Assembly: GCA_043800555.1 (NCBI GenBank)
Contig: JAZDMX010000007.1
Coordinates: 26,683-90,682 of the forward strand
Reading direction: 5' to 3'
DNA from: Candidatus Omnitrophota bacterium
Lineage (GTDB): Bacteria; Omnitrophota; Gorgyraeia; Gygaellales; Profunditerraquicolaceae
DNA: 64,000 bases
Position numbers and translations under genes: made by a program. Within the stretch, counting starts at the first letter, position 1, and every line of letters starts with the position of its first letter. Shown in pieces: positions 21,457-30,612 of the stretch. The notes under the pieces were generated by a model. It was given only the letters and a program-made list of their open reading frames with translations, ran no database searches and was not told where the DNA came from.

Positions 21457-23187
21457 TTATTTTAATATCTTCTTTAGCTTCGCCTGCGCAAATTCTTCAA
21501 CCTTGGCCCCAGTTGAAAAAGTTAAAGCCTCCGCAGCGATACTTTGCGCTTCTTTAAGGGAAACCGATCGAATCAAATATTTCAGCTCCGGTATTACCTG
21601 GGGAGGCATACTGAACTCATCCAGGCCTAATCCTAAAAGTATCAAAGCAAAGCTTGCTTCTCCGGCCATCTCTCCGCACATCCCGACATTAATATTGGCT
21701 TGGTGCGCGGAATCGATGATATTTTTGATCAGGCGTAAAACCGCCGGATGCGCAGGCTCATAAAGATAGGCCACCTTCTCATTGGTGCGGTCAACCGCCA
21801 AAGAATACTGGATCAAATCATTGCTTCCGATGCTAAAAAAATCCGCTTCTTTAGCCAGTATATCCGCGGTCATTGCGGCCGAGGGGACTTCAATCATCGC
21901 GCCAACCTGGATATCTTCATCAAAAGGCATACCTTTGGCCTTAAGCTCCTGCCTTGCCTCTTCAAGTATTTTGTTTGCCTGCCTTAACTCTTCGATACCG
22001 GAAATCATCGGATACATAAGTTTCAGGTTACCGTGTACCGAAGCCCTAAGGATCGCCCTTAATTGCATCCGGAATATATCCGGCCGGGCCAAACAAAACC
22101 GGATCGCCCTCCAACCCAAAAATGGATGCATTTCATGCGGAAGCTGGAATTGCGACAAAAACTTATCTCCGCCTAAATCAAGCGTGCGGATAATCACCGG
22201 ATAAGGATTCATTTCTTCAGCTACATACTTATAAGCCTGATAATGGTCTTCTTCCGTAGGCAAATCCTTCCTGTTCATATAAAAGAACTCCGTGCGGTAG
22301 AGGCCGATACCTTCGCCCCCGTGAAGTTTCACTGCCGGCACTTCTTCGGGAAATTCTATATTGGCATTTATTTCAATTTTATTGCCGTCAAGGGTAAGCG
22401 CCGGAAGATCCTTAGCCAAAAGAAACTTCTCGGCTACCCCCCTAAGTTTTACCTCCGCCGTACGATACGAATCAAGAGTTTCTTCATCGGGATTTATGAT
22501 GACGATGCCAAGAACCCCGTCTACTATCAGCGTATCCCCCTGATTAATTTTAAGGGTCGCATCCTCAACGCCGACTACTGCAGGTATCTCCAAAGATTTG
22601 GCCATAATCGCCGTATGCGAGGTCTTGCCTCCGATGTCGGTAACAAATCCGGCCACATTCTTTTTATGCATCGCCGCCGTATCCGACGGAGAGAGATCAT
22701 GCGCTACCACAACCACCCTGTCCTTGAGTTCTCCCAGGCCCCTGGCCTCTTTCCCCAAAAGATTACGCAATATCCTTTTGCCCACGTCATTTATGTCGGC
22801 GATACGCTCTTTAAGATACTCGTCTTCTATCTTGGCAAAAACAGAAATGTATTTCTTTAAAACCTCCTGGAATATAAAGGCGACATTAAGTTTGTCTTTC
22901 TTCAGCCGGGAGATTACTTCTTCGATAAGCATACGGTCTTCAAGGACAAGCAAATGAGCATCAAAAATCTGCGCCTCTTCCTGGCCCATATCCGCGCTTA
23001 TCCTCTTTTGCAGTTCAATAATCTCCCTGCGCGTACGGATTAAGGCTTCTTCGAAAAGCTGTATCTGGATTGGGATATCCGTATCAACGATAGATATTCT
23101 GGGGATAATAAACTCTTCCTTGCCTATCTTGTACGCCGTTCCGATGCTAATGCCGCCGGCAGCGGCTATGCCTTTAATCTGAATCAT
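21457..23187 (-). CDS. ptsI: Phosphoenolpyruvate-protein phosphotransferase (PTS Enzyme I)
   Basis: 576 aa. Phospho-His domain GGKTSHTAIMAKSLEIPAVVG and PEP-utilising C-terminal domain (GMCGEMAG...). Confidence 0.85.
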   Translation of the reverse strand: MIQIKGIAAAGGISIGTAYKIGKEEFIIPRISIVDTDIPIQIQLFEEALIRTRREIIELQKRISADMGQEEAQIFDAHLLVLEDRMLIEEVISRLKKDKLNVAFIFQEVLKKYISVFAKIEDEYLKERIADINDVGKRILRNLLGKEARGLGELKDRVVVVAHDLSPSDTAAMHKKNVAGFVTDIGGKTSHTAIMAKSLEIPAVVGVEDATLKINQGDTLIVDGVLGIVIINPDEETLDSYRTAEVKLRGVAEKFLLAKDLPALTLDGNKIEINANIEFPEEVPAVKLHGGEGIGLYRTEFFYMNRKDLPTEEDHYQAYKYVAEEMNPYPVIIRTLDLGGDKFLSQFQLPHEMHPFLGWRAIRFCLARPDIFRMQLRAILRASVHGNLKLMYPMISGIEELRQANKILEEARQELKAKGMPFDEDIQVGAMIEVPSAAMTADILAKEADFFSIGSNDLIQYSLAVDRTNEKVAYLYEPAHPAVLRLIKNIIDSAHQANINVGMCGEMAGEASFALILLGLGLDEFSMPPQVIPELKYLIRSVSLKEAQSIAAEALTFSTGAKVEEFAQAKLKKILK

Positions 23188-23453
23188 CGGTCATCCTCAT
23201 TAGTGATTACCTTCTCCAATTCTACCAAAGCCGCCTGCGCGTCTTCTCCCTCGGCTTCAATCATAATCACGCTATCTTTTTCCGCGCCTAACATAAGTAT
23301 CCCCATAATCGACTTGCCGTTAACTTCTTCGCTATCGTGTTTAACGGTTATGCGGGATTCAAATTTATTCGCTACCTGGACAAACAAAGCTGCCGGCCGC
23401 GCATGTAAGCCTGATTTATTCTTTACTATTAATTGTTTTCTAGCTAGCGCCAT
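23184..23453 (-). CDS. ptsH: Phosphocarrier protein HPr
   Basis: 89 aa. Active-site His in KNKSGLHARPAALFV and a regulatory Ser region (GKSIMGIL). Confidence 0.8.
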   Translation of the reverse strand: MALARKQLIVKNKSGLHARPAALFVQVANKFESRITVKHDSEEVNGKSIMGILMLGAEKDSVIMIEAEGEDAQAALVELEKVITNEDDR

Positions 23454-23472
23454 TTTAAATATGCGTGTATTT

Positions 23473-24714
23473 TTATATCTCTTCGATCAAACCCAAAACA
23501 ATCTTAGCCAGCTTCTCCGGATCATGCCTGATTACGCCTTCTTCGGTAATGCCAAATTCATCTTCGATGACCCGGTAACCCATCTCTTCGATTTTCTTCC
23601 TATCGTTAACCACCAGATACGAACCCTGCTGGGAATAACGCTTAAGCACGCTTTGCGGTATCTCTCCCGTATTTACAATACAATAATCGATGATGCGCGG
23701 GTGAGAATGCCCCACTAAAACTTTAATATGTTCGGAGGCCACAAAACCATCTGTCTCTCCCGGCTGGGTCATCGCATTACATACATAAACTTTAAGCGCC
23801 TGCGAAGAGCTGACAGCTTCCGTAATCTCCTGAATTAATAGATTAGGGATAATGCTTGTATATAACGAACCGGGGCCCAAAACAATCACCTGGGCTTCTT
23901 TTATCGCTTTAATCGCGTCAGGCGTAGCCAACGACTGCGCGGGATTTAGATAAACCTTATTTATCGAGCGATGGGTTTTGGGAATCTTGTTCTCGCCTAC
24001 CGTAGTTGTCCCGTCCTTATGCTCGGCTACTAAAACCACTTTGTTCAAAGTTGACGGAATAACCTGGCCCCTAAGGGCCAAAACCCTGCTTGTCTCTTTA
24101 ATAGCCTTCTCAAAGTCGCCGGTCAGCTGCGTCATGACCGTTATAAAAAGGTTCCCGAAGCTATGTCCCGATAACGCCGAATTCGTATCGAAACGGAACT
24201 GAAACAACTCCCGCATCAATGCCGGGGCATCGGCCAAAGCCACCAGGCAATTACGGATATCTCCCGGCGGAAGCATGCCGAATTCTTCCCTGATCCTGCC
24301 GCTGGAACCCCCATCATCGGCGACAGTAACTATTGCCGATAAATTAGTAGTAAATTGTTTTAAGCCGGTCAAAAGGACCGAAAGGCCTGTCCCTCCCCCG
24401 ATAACTACCACTTTAGGGCCGCGCGAAAGCTGCCTATTCTGATAAATTATGTCAAAAAGTTCGGCGCCCTTAGAAGAAGGCACAAACGCGGCTACAAAAG
24501 AACGCATTAAGCGTTTTATGCCAAGGATCAAGATTACAATCCCGGAAAATAAGATTATTGAATCCAGGACCTGTATGCCTAAAAACTCTTCGGCGCGCAG
24601 GTGGCTGGCGGCAAAGATTAAAAGCAAAACTCCAAAAACACTTAAAGCGATCCAACGCTTAAGCCCTATGCCGGGATAAAACCATTTGAGCATGCTATGA
24701 ATATTCTTAGTCAT
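23473..24714 (-). CDS. yvcK: Gluconeogenesis factor YvcK / CofD-like (UPF0052) with an unusual N-terminal two-TM membrane anchor
   Basis: Core VVVIGGGTGLSVLLTGLK...IVTVADDGGSSGRIREEFGMLPPGDIRNCLVALA is canonical YvcK. It is preceded by about 95 aa containing two hydrophobic helices (WIALSVFGVLLLIFAASHL; ILFSGIVILILGI). Confidence 0.75.
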   Translation of the reverse strand: MTKNIHSMLKWFYPGIGLKRWIALSVFGVLLLIFAASHLRAEEFLGIQVLDSIILFSGIVILILGIKRLMRSFVAAFVPSSKGAELFDIIYQNRQLSRGPKVVVIGGGTGLSVLLTGLKQFTTNLSAIVTVADDGGSSGRIREEFGMLPPGDIRNCLVALADAPALMRELFQFRFDTNSALSGHSFGNLFITVMTQLTGDFEKAIKETSRVLALRGQVIPSTLNKVVLVAEHKDGTTTVGENKIPKTHRSINKVYLNPAQSLATPDAIKAIKEAQVIVLGPGSLYTSIIPNLLIQEITEAVSSSQALKVYVCNAMTQPGETDGFVASEHIKVLVGHSHPRIIDYCIVNTGEIPQSVLKRYSQQGSYLVVNDRKKIEEMGYRVIEDEFGITEEGVIRHDPEKLAKIVLGLIEEI

Positions 24715-24835
24715 ATTTATGCTTCTTTTACGGCGGCAAAAGGCTTAATAAACCCCGTTAAATACCTGGCGTGTGAAAAGCCCAAGCCACAGGCAAAATC
24801 AACTTTAGCCGATATAGCCGTTATTTTGGCCCGGC

Positions 24836-25306
24836 CTAAATCTTTTTCTCGTCTTCCTGAGATATAATCTTAATAACAGCTTTATCGTCTTCGCAATTAC
24901 GCAAAGTATCGCGGAAGTATTTATCCTTAAGGAGCCGGGAGATGCGAGCCAAGGCTTTTAAGTGCGGTCCGGCAGAATCCTGAGGGGCAACCAAAAGAAA
25001 GAAAATATAAGCCAACTCGCCGTCCAAAGAATCGAAATCTACGCCTTTTTTGGAAAGGGCGAATGCCGCGACCAGATTCTCTACGCAATCAGACTTTGCG
25101 TGCGGGATAGCGATACCCTGGCCGATAGCGGTTGACCCCAGGGCTTCCCGGGCCATAAGCGATTCTATGAGCTTGGCGCGGCAGCGCTTTTCGATATCGC
25201 CGGAAGCGACAAGAACATCAACCAGCTCTTTAATGACGTCTTCTTTTTTAGTGGATTGTATGTCGGTGAGGATAGCTTTCTTAGATAAGAAATCCATAAC
25301 TTGCAT
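24836..25306 (-). CDS. ptsN: PTS EIIA type-2 domain protein (nitrogen-regulatory PtsN/EIIA-Ntr-like)
   Basis: 156 aa. Phospho-His in GQGIAIPHAKSD. Stand-alone IIA domain with no permease nearby. Confidence 0.7.
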   Translation of the reverse strand: MQVMDFLSKKAILTDIQSTKKEDVIKELVDVLVASGDIEKRCRAKLIESLMAREALGSTAIGQGIAIPHAKSDCVENLVAAFALSKKGVDFDSLDGELAYIFFLLVAPQDSAGPHLKALARISRLLKDKYFRDTLRNCEDDKAVIKIISQEDEKKI

Positions 25307-25344
25307 GATGATTCTCCTTTCGAATTATACATTATACCGAATAC

Positions 25345-25420
25345 TGGAGCGGGAGGCGGGATTCGAACCCGTGACATCAACCTTGGCAAGGTTGCGCTCT
25401 ACCAGCTGAGCTACTCCCGC
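25345..25420 (-). tRNA. tRNA-Gly (anticodon GCC), CCA encoded
   Basis: Reverse complement GCGGGAGTAGCTCAGCTGGTAGAGCGCAACCTTGCCAAGGTTGAGGTCACGGGTTCGAATCCCGCCTCCCGCTCCA. Anticodon loop TTGCCAA. Canonical D and T arms. Confidence 0.85.
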
Positions 25421-25532
25421 ATTTTTTAGAAGAACGTTTCTAGCTTGCCATTAACGGCCGAAGGATTTTTTACGTGGCGGGCGCAAAAGAATCTTCCCGT
25501 AAAAATGTTTTGTTTTTAGCCGCATTTCAAAA

Positions 25533-25613
25533 TGCGGACGGAGGGACTTGAACCCCCATGAGTTTCCCCACGAGGTCCTAAGCCTCGCGCGTCTGCCATT
25601 CCGCCACGTCCGC
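25533..25613 (-). tRNA. tRNA-Leu (anticodon TAG), no encoded CCA
   Basis: Reverse complement GCGGACGTGGCGGAATGGCAGACGCGCGAGGCTTAGGACCTCG...GGGGTTCAAGTCCCTCCGTCCGCA. Anticodon loop CTTAGGA. Long variable arm. Confidence 0.8.
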
Positions 25614-25704
25614 GTTCATCAAACTTATGCCTTAGGAGGCGGGATCCCGCCTCTATCTTATTTTCAACTGGCGGGCGGGAAAATGATCCCCAGGTAAAAC
25701 TAAA

Positions 25705-25777
25705 TGAGCCTCCCGAGACTCGAACTCGGCACACGCGGCTTAAAAAGCCGCTGCTCTACCGGATGAGCTAGAGGCCC
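25705..25777 (-). tRNA. tRNA-Lys (anticodon TTT), no encoded CCA
   Basis: Reverse complement GGGCCTCTAGCTCATCCGGTAGAGCAGCGGCTTTTTAAGCCGCGTGTGCCGAGTTCGAGTCTCGGGAGGCTCA. Anticodon loop TTTTTAA. Confidence 0.75.
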
Positions 25778-25801
25778 AAATTTACAATAAAGCTTAAAGC
25801 C

Positions 25802-26362
25802 CTAGAATCCTAGAACTTCTTTTTCCTTATTCTTTAACAGCTCTTCGATCTTACCGATGTATCTATCGACCAGCTTCTGTAATTCATCTATACTGCGGAA
25901 CTTATCATCTTCGGGGATTACCTTGTCTTTCTCCAACTTTTCGATATGCTCTTTGCCATCGCGCCTTATTGTCCTTAGGGACACCCTGCCGCCCTCCGCC
26001 ATTTTATGAATCTCCTTGGCCAATTCCTGGCGCCTTTCTTTGGATAACTGTGGAAAAGATAATCTTATCAATTTTCCATCGTTAGAAGGATTAACCCCTA
26101 AATTAGACTTTAATATCGTCTTTTCGATTTCAACGATAGCCGTAGTATCCCAAGGCTGAATTACCAGTAAATGCGCATCAGCTGCGGAAATAGAAGCCAA
26201 CTGCTTAAGTAAAGTAGGCGTGCCGTAATAATCAATATGCAGGCCTTCGACTAAAGCGGGGCTGGCCCTGCCGGTGCGAATTTCTAGAAATTCGCGGGTC
26301 ATCGATTCAAAAGCCTTCTTCATTTTTTCTTCAGTGCTATGCAAGATTTCTTTGGTAGTCAT
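25802..26362 (-). CDS. frr: Ribosome recycling factor
   Basis: MTTKEILHSTEEKMKKAFESMTREFLEIRTGRASPALVEGLHIDYYGTPTLLKQLASIS is canonical RRF. Start set to the MTTK ATG; the 12-aa ORF-track extension overlaps pyrH. Confidence 0.85.
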   Translation of the reverse strand: MTTKEILHSTEEKMKKAFESMTREFLEIRTGRASPALVEGLHIDYYGTPTLLKQLASISAADAHLLVIQPWDTTAIVEIEKTILKSNLGVNPSNDGKLIRLSFPQLSKERRQELAKEIHKMAEGGRVSLRTIRRDGKEHIEKLEKDKVIPEDDKFRSIDELQKLVDRYIGKIEELLKNKEKEVLGF

Positions 26363-26387
26363 GCTCCTCCCGCTTTTTATCCAAGGG

Positions 26388-27107
26388 TTACGACACAACC
26401 GTCCCTATCTTCTCCCCTAATACTACGCGTTTGATATTGCCTTTTGTCGCTAAACTAAAAACTACGATAGGAAGCTTATTGTCCATGCAAAGGCTAACCG
26501 CGGTAGCATCCATCACCTTTAGCCCTTTTTTAAGCACATCGATATATTTCAACTGCCTAAATTTCCTGGCGTTCTTGACTCTCAACGGATCTGCCGAATA
26601 AACTCCGTCTACCTGAGTGGCCTTAAGTATGGCATCGGCATTAACCTCCATTGCCCTGAGCGCGGCTGCCGTATCGGTTGTAAAATAAGGGTTGCCGGTC
26701 CCGGCTACAAATATAACCACTCTACCCTTCTCCAGGTGGCGTATGGCCCGCCTTCTGATATATGGCTCGGCAATCCGCTCCATGTCAATCGCAGTCATAA
26801 CCCTGGTTGGAACCCCCGCTTTTTCAAGGGAATCCTGCAAGGCCAAGCCGTTAATTACGGTGGCCAGCATTCCCATATAATCAGCGACTGACCTGTCCAT
26901 ATCCAAACCGCGCGAGCCCGTATTTTCCTGCCCGCGGAAGATATTCCCGGCGCCGAAAACCACTGCCACATCCACTTTCAAATCGCGGATTTCTTTTATT
27001 TGGCGGGAAACAGATATTAAGACCGCCTGGTCTATACCATGAGATTTTCTTCCCTGGAGAGCCTCGCCGCTTAACTTAAGGACTATTCTTTTATAGACTG
27101 GGACCAT
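26388..27107 (-). CDS. pyrH: UMP kinase
   Basis: [11 protein letters not shown]...[11 protein letters not shown]...[21 protein letters not shown] is the amino-acid-kinase fold typical of PyrH. Confidence 0.9.
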   Translation of the reverse strand: MVPVYKRIVLKLSGEALQGRKSHGIDQAVLISVSRQIKEIRDLKVDVAVVFGAGNIFRGQENTGSRGLDMDRSVADYMGMLATVINGLALQDSLEKAGVPTRVMTAIDMERIAEPYIRRRAIRHLEKGRVVIFVAGTGNPYFTTDTAAALRAMEVNADAILKATQVDGVYSADPLRVKNARKFRQLKYIDVLKKGLKVMDATAVSLCMDNKLPIVVFSLATKGNIKRVVLGEKIGTVVS

Positions 27108-27645
27108 TGGTATTATTCGCCGACTTTAAAACGCGTAACCTGCGCACAACGACATTCTCGCCGATTTTTGCTACCAGGCTGCCTAAGTAATCTTTAACCG
27201 TAATAGAAGGGTCTTTAACAAAAGGCTGTTCCATTAGACAGTGATTTTTATAAAAATCTTCCTTGCTCTTTTCATGCTCAACGACCTCAACCGGTACATC
27301 TTCTTTCTTTATATACAAAGGGCTGGTAGCTGTTATATGCATGGCCAAGTCCTTGGTGAAACGCCCAAAATCTTCATTCTTGGCCACAAAATCCGATTCG
27401 CAATCAACCTCAAGCAACACGCCCACTTTATTGCCGTGATGCACATACGCCTCTATCCGGCCTTCCTTGGCCGCCCGGGACTGTTTCTTGGCAGCAATCT
27501 CCAAACCTTGTTTACGCAATAATTCTGCCGCCTTCTTGATATCTCCTTTTGCATCCTCAAGCGCCTTCTTGCAATGGGCCACGCTTGAAGAAGTAATTTC
27601 TCTTAGCTCCTTGATTGACTCTACCGATACGCTCATTTTGCTCAT
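27091..27645 (-). CDS. tsf: Translation elongation factor Ts (short form)
   Basis: [44 protein letters not shown] is the EF-Ts N-terminal UBA-like domain. 184 aa, in the pyrH-tsf-rpsB context. Confidence 0.8.
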   Translation of the reverse strand: MSKMSVSVESIKELREITSSSVAHCKKALEDAKGDIKKAAELLRKQGLEIAAKKQSRAAKEGRIEAYVHHGNKVGVLLEVDCESDFVAKNEDFGRFTKDLAMHITATSPLYIKKEDVPVEVVEHEKSKEDFYKNHCLMEQPFVKDPSITVKDYLGSLVAKIGENVVVRRLRVLKSANNTNGPSL

Positions 27646-28541
27646 ACCTTTCTCTTGATCTTTCCCCTCGCATCAATTACCGGCTTAACATGCCCTTTTT
27701 TCACGGATTTGGCCGCCTCGTCAACAGGCTCGGCTGTCTCCACAATCTCTTCGATTTCTTTAATCTTGATTTCTTCTTCCGGCAGCAATACAGCCTCTTG
27801 CGGCTTAGCTATATCCTCTTCTTTAATCTTTACGCCCTCTTGAGCCATATAAGAAAGGAACTTCTTCCTGCCTTCGATAATCGTATCCGTAATAATGTTA
27901 GCCACGACCTTAATAGATTTAGTCGCATCATCATTGCCGGGAATAGGATAATCGACTAAATCCGGGTTAGAATTAGTATCAATAAGGGCTATAACGGCTA
28001 TGCCGAGGCGCTTCGCCTCTTTTACCGCTGTGTCTTCTTTGCTGGTATCTACCACAAAGACGGCTTTAGGCATACGCTCCATTAGAACGATTCCGGAAAA
28101 ATTCTTATTCAGCTTTGCCAGCTCTTTTTCAAGCCCCGCAACTTCCTTTTTGGTAAACTTGGCAAATGTCCCGTCTTCACGCATCTTCTCTATCGCTTTC
28201 AGGCGGTTGATGCTCTTTTTAATGGTGGAAAAATTTGTTAAAAGCCCTCCCGGCCAACGGTCAGTCACGTAATACATGCCGGAGCGCTGCGCCTCCTGCA
28301 ACATAACCTCCTGCGCCTGCTTCTTAGTCCCCACAAAAAGCACGTATTCTCCCTTTGAGGTTATATCCAACAGGAAATCCCTGGCCTTGTTTATGCATTC
28401 TTCGGTTTTCTCAAGGTCGATAATATAAATACCGCTTCTTGAACCAAAGATAAACTTTTTCATTTTTGGGTTCCAGCGTTTAGTCTGGTGCCCGAAATGC
28501 ACCCCTGCTTCCAGTAACTGCTTGATTAAATCTGATGGCAC
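27642..28541 (-). CDS. rpsB: 30S ribosomal protein S2 with a Lys/Glu-rich C-terminal extension of about 50 aa
   Basis: LLEAGVHFGHQTKRWNPKMKKFIFGSRSGIYIIDLEKT is the canonical S2 N-terminus. C-terminal tail ...EEEIKIKEIEEIVETAEPVDEAAK.... Confidence 0.9.
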   Translation of the reverse strand: MPSDLIKQLLEAGVHFGHQTKRWNPKMKKFIFGSRSGIYIIDLEKTEECINKARDFLLDITSKGEYVLFVGTKKQAQEVMLQEAQRSGMYYVTDRWPGGLLTNFSTIKKSINRLKAIEKMREDGTFAKFTKKEVAGLEKELAKLNKNFSGIVLMERMPKAVFVVDTSKEDTAVKEAKRLGIAVIALIDTNSNPDLVDYPIPGNDDATKSIKVVANIITDTIIEGRKKFLSYMAQEGVKIKEEDIAKPQEAVLLPEEEIKIKEIEEIVETAEPVDEAAKSVKKGHVKPVIDARGKIKRKV

Positions 28542-28642
28542 GGTAACCTTCTCCTTTTTAGCTTGTTGATATGAACTGCTTCTTTTGGCTTAGCGGAAGC
28601 AGTAGAATTCTATTATTTTAACAAATTTACGCGAATTTGCAA

Positions 28643-30433
28643 CTATTTTCGCAATTCTTGCATCAAATAAAGCTTTTTATATAAACCATCCAGCTTTAAT
28701 AATTCTTCATGGGTCCCTGTTTCGGCAACCACTCCCTTATCCAAAACTACTATTTTATGGGCGTTTATTACGGTAGAAAGCCTGTGGGCAATCACAAAAA
28801 CCGTACGGCCCTGAATAAGCCGGTCCAAAGCATCCTGGACTATTTTTTCCGACTCCGAATCCAGCTGAGAGGTAGCTTCATCAAGAATTAGAATAGGCGG
28901 ATTTTTAAGCAAGGCTCGAGCAATGGCTATCCTCTGGCGCTCTCCTCCCGAAATACGCATTCCCCTATCGCCGATAACCGTTTCATAACCCAGAGGAAGA
29001 TGGCTGATAAAATCATGGGCATTTGCCTGCCGGGCCGCCTCTGTAATTTCCTCGTCGCTGGAGCAGGGCTTGCCGTAAGCGATATTGGCTTTAATTGTAT
29101 CATTAAAAAGTATGGTTTCCTGAGTAACGATTCCGACAAGCTTACGCAAAGACTTCAGGCTAACTTCTTTAATATCCACCCCATCAATGGCGATTTTCCC
29201 TTTTTTAGGGTCATAAAACCGCGGGATAAGGTCCAAAAGCGTGGTCTTCCCTGTGCCGCTGGGCCCGACAACAGCCAAAACCGAACCGTAGGGAACCTCC
29301 AGGTTTATGCCTTTTAGCACCTGATTATCCCCGTAATTAAACCATACGCCGTTAAAAATAACTTTGCTCTTAAAGCCGGCCAACTCCGGGGCCTGAGGCA
29401 ATTCAACTACGCTGGGCTCTGATTCCAATACTTCGTAAATCCGCTCGCTGGCTGCGGCAGCCTGTTCATTTAAAGAATGCACCTGGCTCAATTTCTTAAA
29501 CGGCCGGATAATCGATACAAGCGAACCAAGAAACAAACCTAAAACTCCAAAAGAGATTTTTCCGGCAATAACTTCCCTGCCTCCCAGAGAAAGTATGATT
29601 ACGGCGGCGATGCAACCTAAAATCTCGGTTGCCGGGCTTAAAATAAGCATCCTCTTAATCGATTTCATGCAAACACGGTAATAATCCTGGCTTACTTTGT
29701 TAAATTTATTTATCTCGTGCTCCTCCATATTAAAACCTTTAACTATGCGGGCGCCGATAATCGTTTCATAAAGTATGGAGTTAGTATCCGCCATTTTCTC
29801 CTGGGAGGCCTTGGATAATTTCCGGAGCTTTTTACCCACGACAGCGATCAAATAACCCAGGATTGCCAAAGGAGGCAGTATAAAGATGACAAATTTTGAA
29901 TAAATAAACATGGCAAAAGAGAAAAATATGATCGTAAGGGCGCTCTGATAAACCAGGTCAGTCGAACCGTAAGAAACAGCGTTCTCGACCAGCTTTACGT
30001 CATTAGTTATCCGCGAAATCATTTCTCCGCCGCGCTTATGGGTAAAATAATCCAGGGAGAGTGACTGAAATTTGGCGTAAAGCCTGGCTTTAATATCCCT
30101 GACAATGCGCTGTCCGACATCCGACATAATATAGCTTTGCCAGAAACCAAAAAACCCTTTAAGAATAAAAAGCAGCACAATCGCTACGGCCATATAGTTC
30201 AAAAGCGTTAACGGCGCCATAGCGTTTATACCAGCGACAAAATTAGCCAAGAACCCGGGTAATTTAACGGGCAGGATAATCTGTTTATTGGTAAGGACCT
30301 TATCCGCCAAAGGGACCATCATAGCCAGGGAAACCCCGTCAAATATAGCCGAAAAGATCATGCAAACCGAAGCTATCACAAACAGCCCGATATAAGGGCG
30401 GATAAATTTTAGTAACTTTAAATAATCTCGCAT
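28643..30433 (-). CDS. msbA: ABC transporter permease/ATPase fusion, MsbA-like lipid exporter
   Basis: Six-TM domain followed by Walker A GPSGTGKTT, ABC signature ISGGERQRIAIARAL and Walker B ILILDEAT. Start moved to the ATG at 30433 (MRDYLKLLKF...); the ORF-track 43-aa N-terminal extension is not supported. Confidence 0.75.
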   Translation of the reverse strand: MRDYLKLLKFIRPYIGLFVIASVCMIFSAIFDGVSLAMMVPLADKVLTNKQIILPVKLPGFLANFVAGINAMAPLTLLNYMAVAIVLLFILKGFFGFWQSYIMSDVGQRIVRDIKARLYAKFQSLSLDYFTHKRGGEMISRITNDVKLVENAVSYGSTDLVYQSALTIIFFSFAMFIYSKFVIFILPPLAILGYLIAVVGKKLRKLSKASQEKMADTNSILYETIIGARIVKGFNMEEHEINKFNKVSQDYYRVCMKSIKRMLILSPATEILGCIAAVIILSLGGREVIAGKISFGVLGLFLGSLVSIIRPFKKLSQVHSLNEQAAAASERIYEVLESEPSVVELPQAPELAGFKSKVIFNGVWFNYGDNQVLKGINLEVPYGSVLAVVGPSGTGKTTLLDLIPRFYDPKKGKIAIDGVDIKEVSLKSLRKLVGIVTQETILFNDTIKANIAYGKPCSSDEEITEAARQANAHDFISHLPLGYETVIGDRGMRISGGERQRIAIARALLKNPPILILDEATSQLDSESEKIVQDALDRLIQGRTVFVIAHRLSTVINAHKIVVLDKGVVAETGTHEELLKLDGLYKKLYLMQELRK

Positions 30434-30577
30434 GTTTTGGCTCCTGCCTGCTGAATTGCCCCAAGGCCTAAAAGGAAATGTATTGTAGCATATCTGGCGT
30501 ATTGTGACAACTTTTTTATTGCCCACCGGAGAAGATCCGGGCGTCTTGATAGCCCCTCCCAAAACAGAAGATTATAG

Positions 30578-30606
30578 TTGCATTGAAAGAATGGTTTTGC
30601 TATTAT
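30578..30606 (+). promoter_or_regulatory. Sigma70-like promoter candidate for the plus-strand Gfo/Idh/MocA–lpxB unit (TTGCAT-17 bp-TATTAT)
   Basis: TTGCAT at 30578-30583 and TATTAT at 30601-30606. The ATG at 30613 lies about 7 nt after the -10, implying a leaderless or very short-leader mRNA. Confidence 0.4.
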
Positions 30607-30612
30607 CCCCTT

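Noticed and set aside
28575-28610. Hairpin CTGCTTC-ttttggcttagcg-GAAGCAG between msbA and rpsB as a terminator
   Set aside because: There is no U-tract on the minus strand after the stem. It may be part of the rpsB promoter or leader instead. Support is insufficient.
30434-30562. 43-aa N-terminal extension of the MsbA-like ORF (MGGAIKTPGSSPVGNKKVV…)
   Set aside because: The extension is non-hydrophobic and Gly/Ser/Pro-rich, with no RBS. The internal ATG at 30433 yields the canonical MsbA-like N-terminus directly before TM1, so the extension is most likely not translated.
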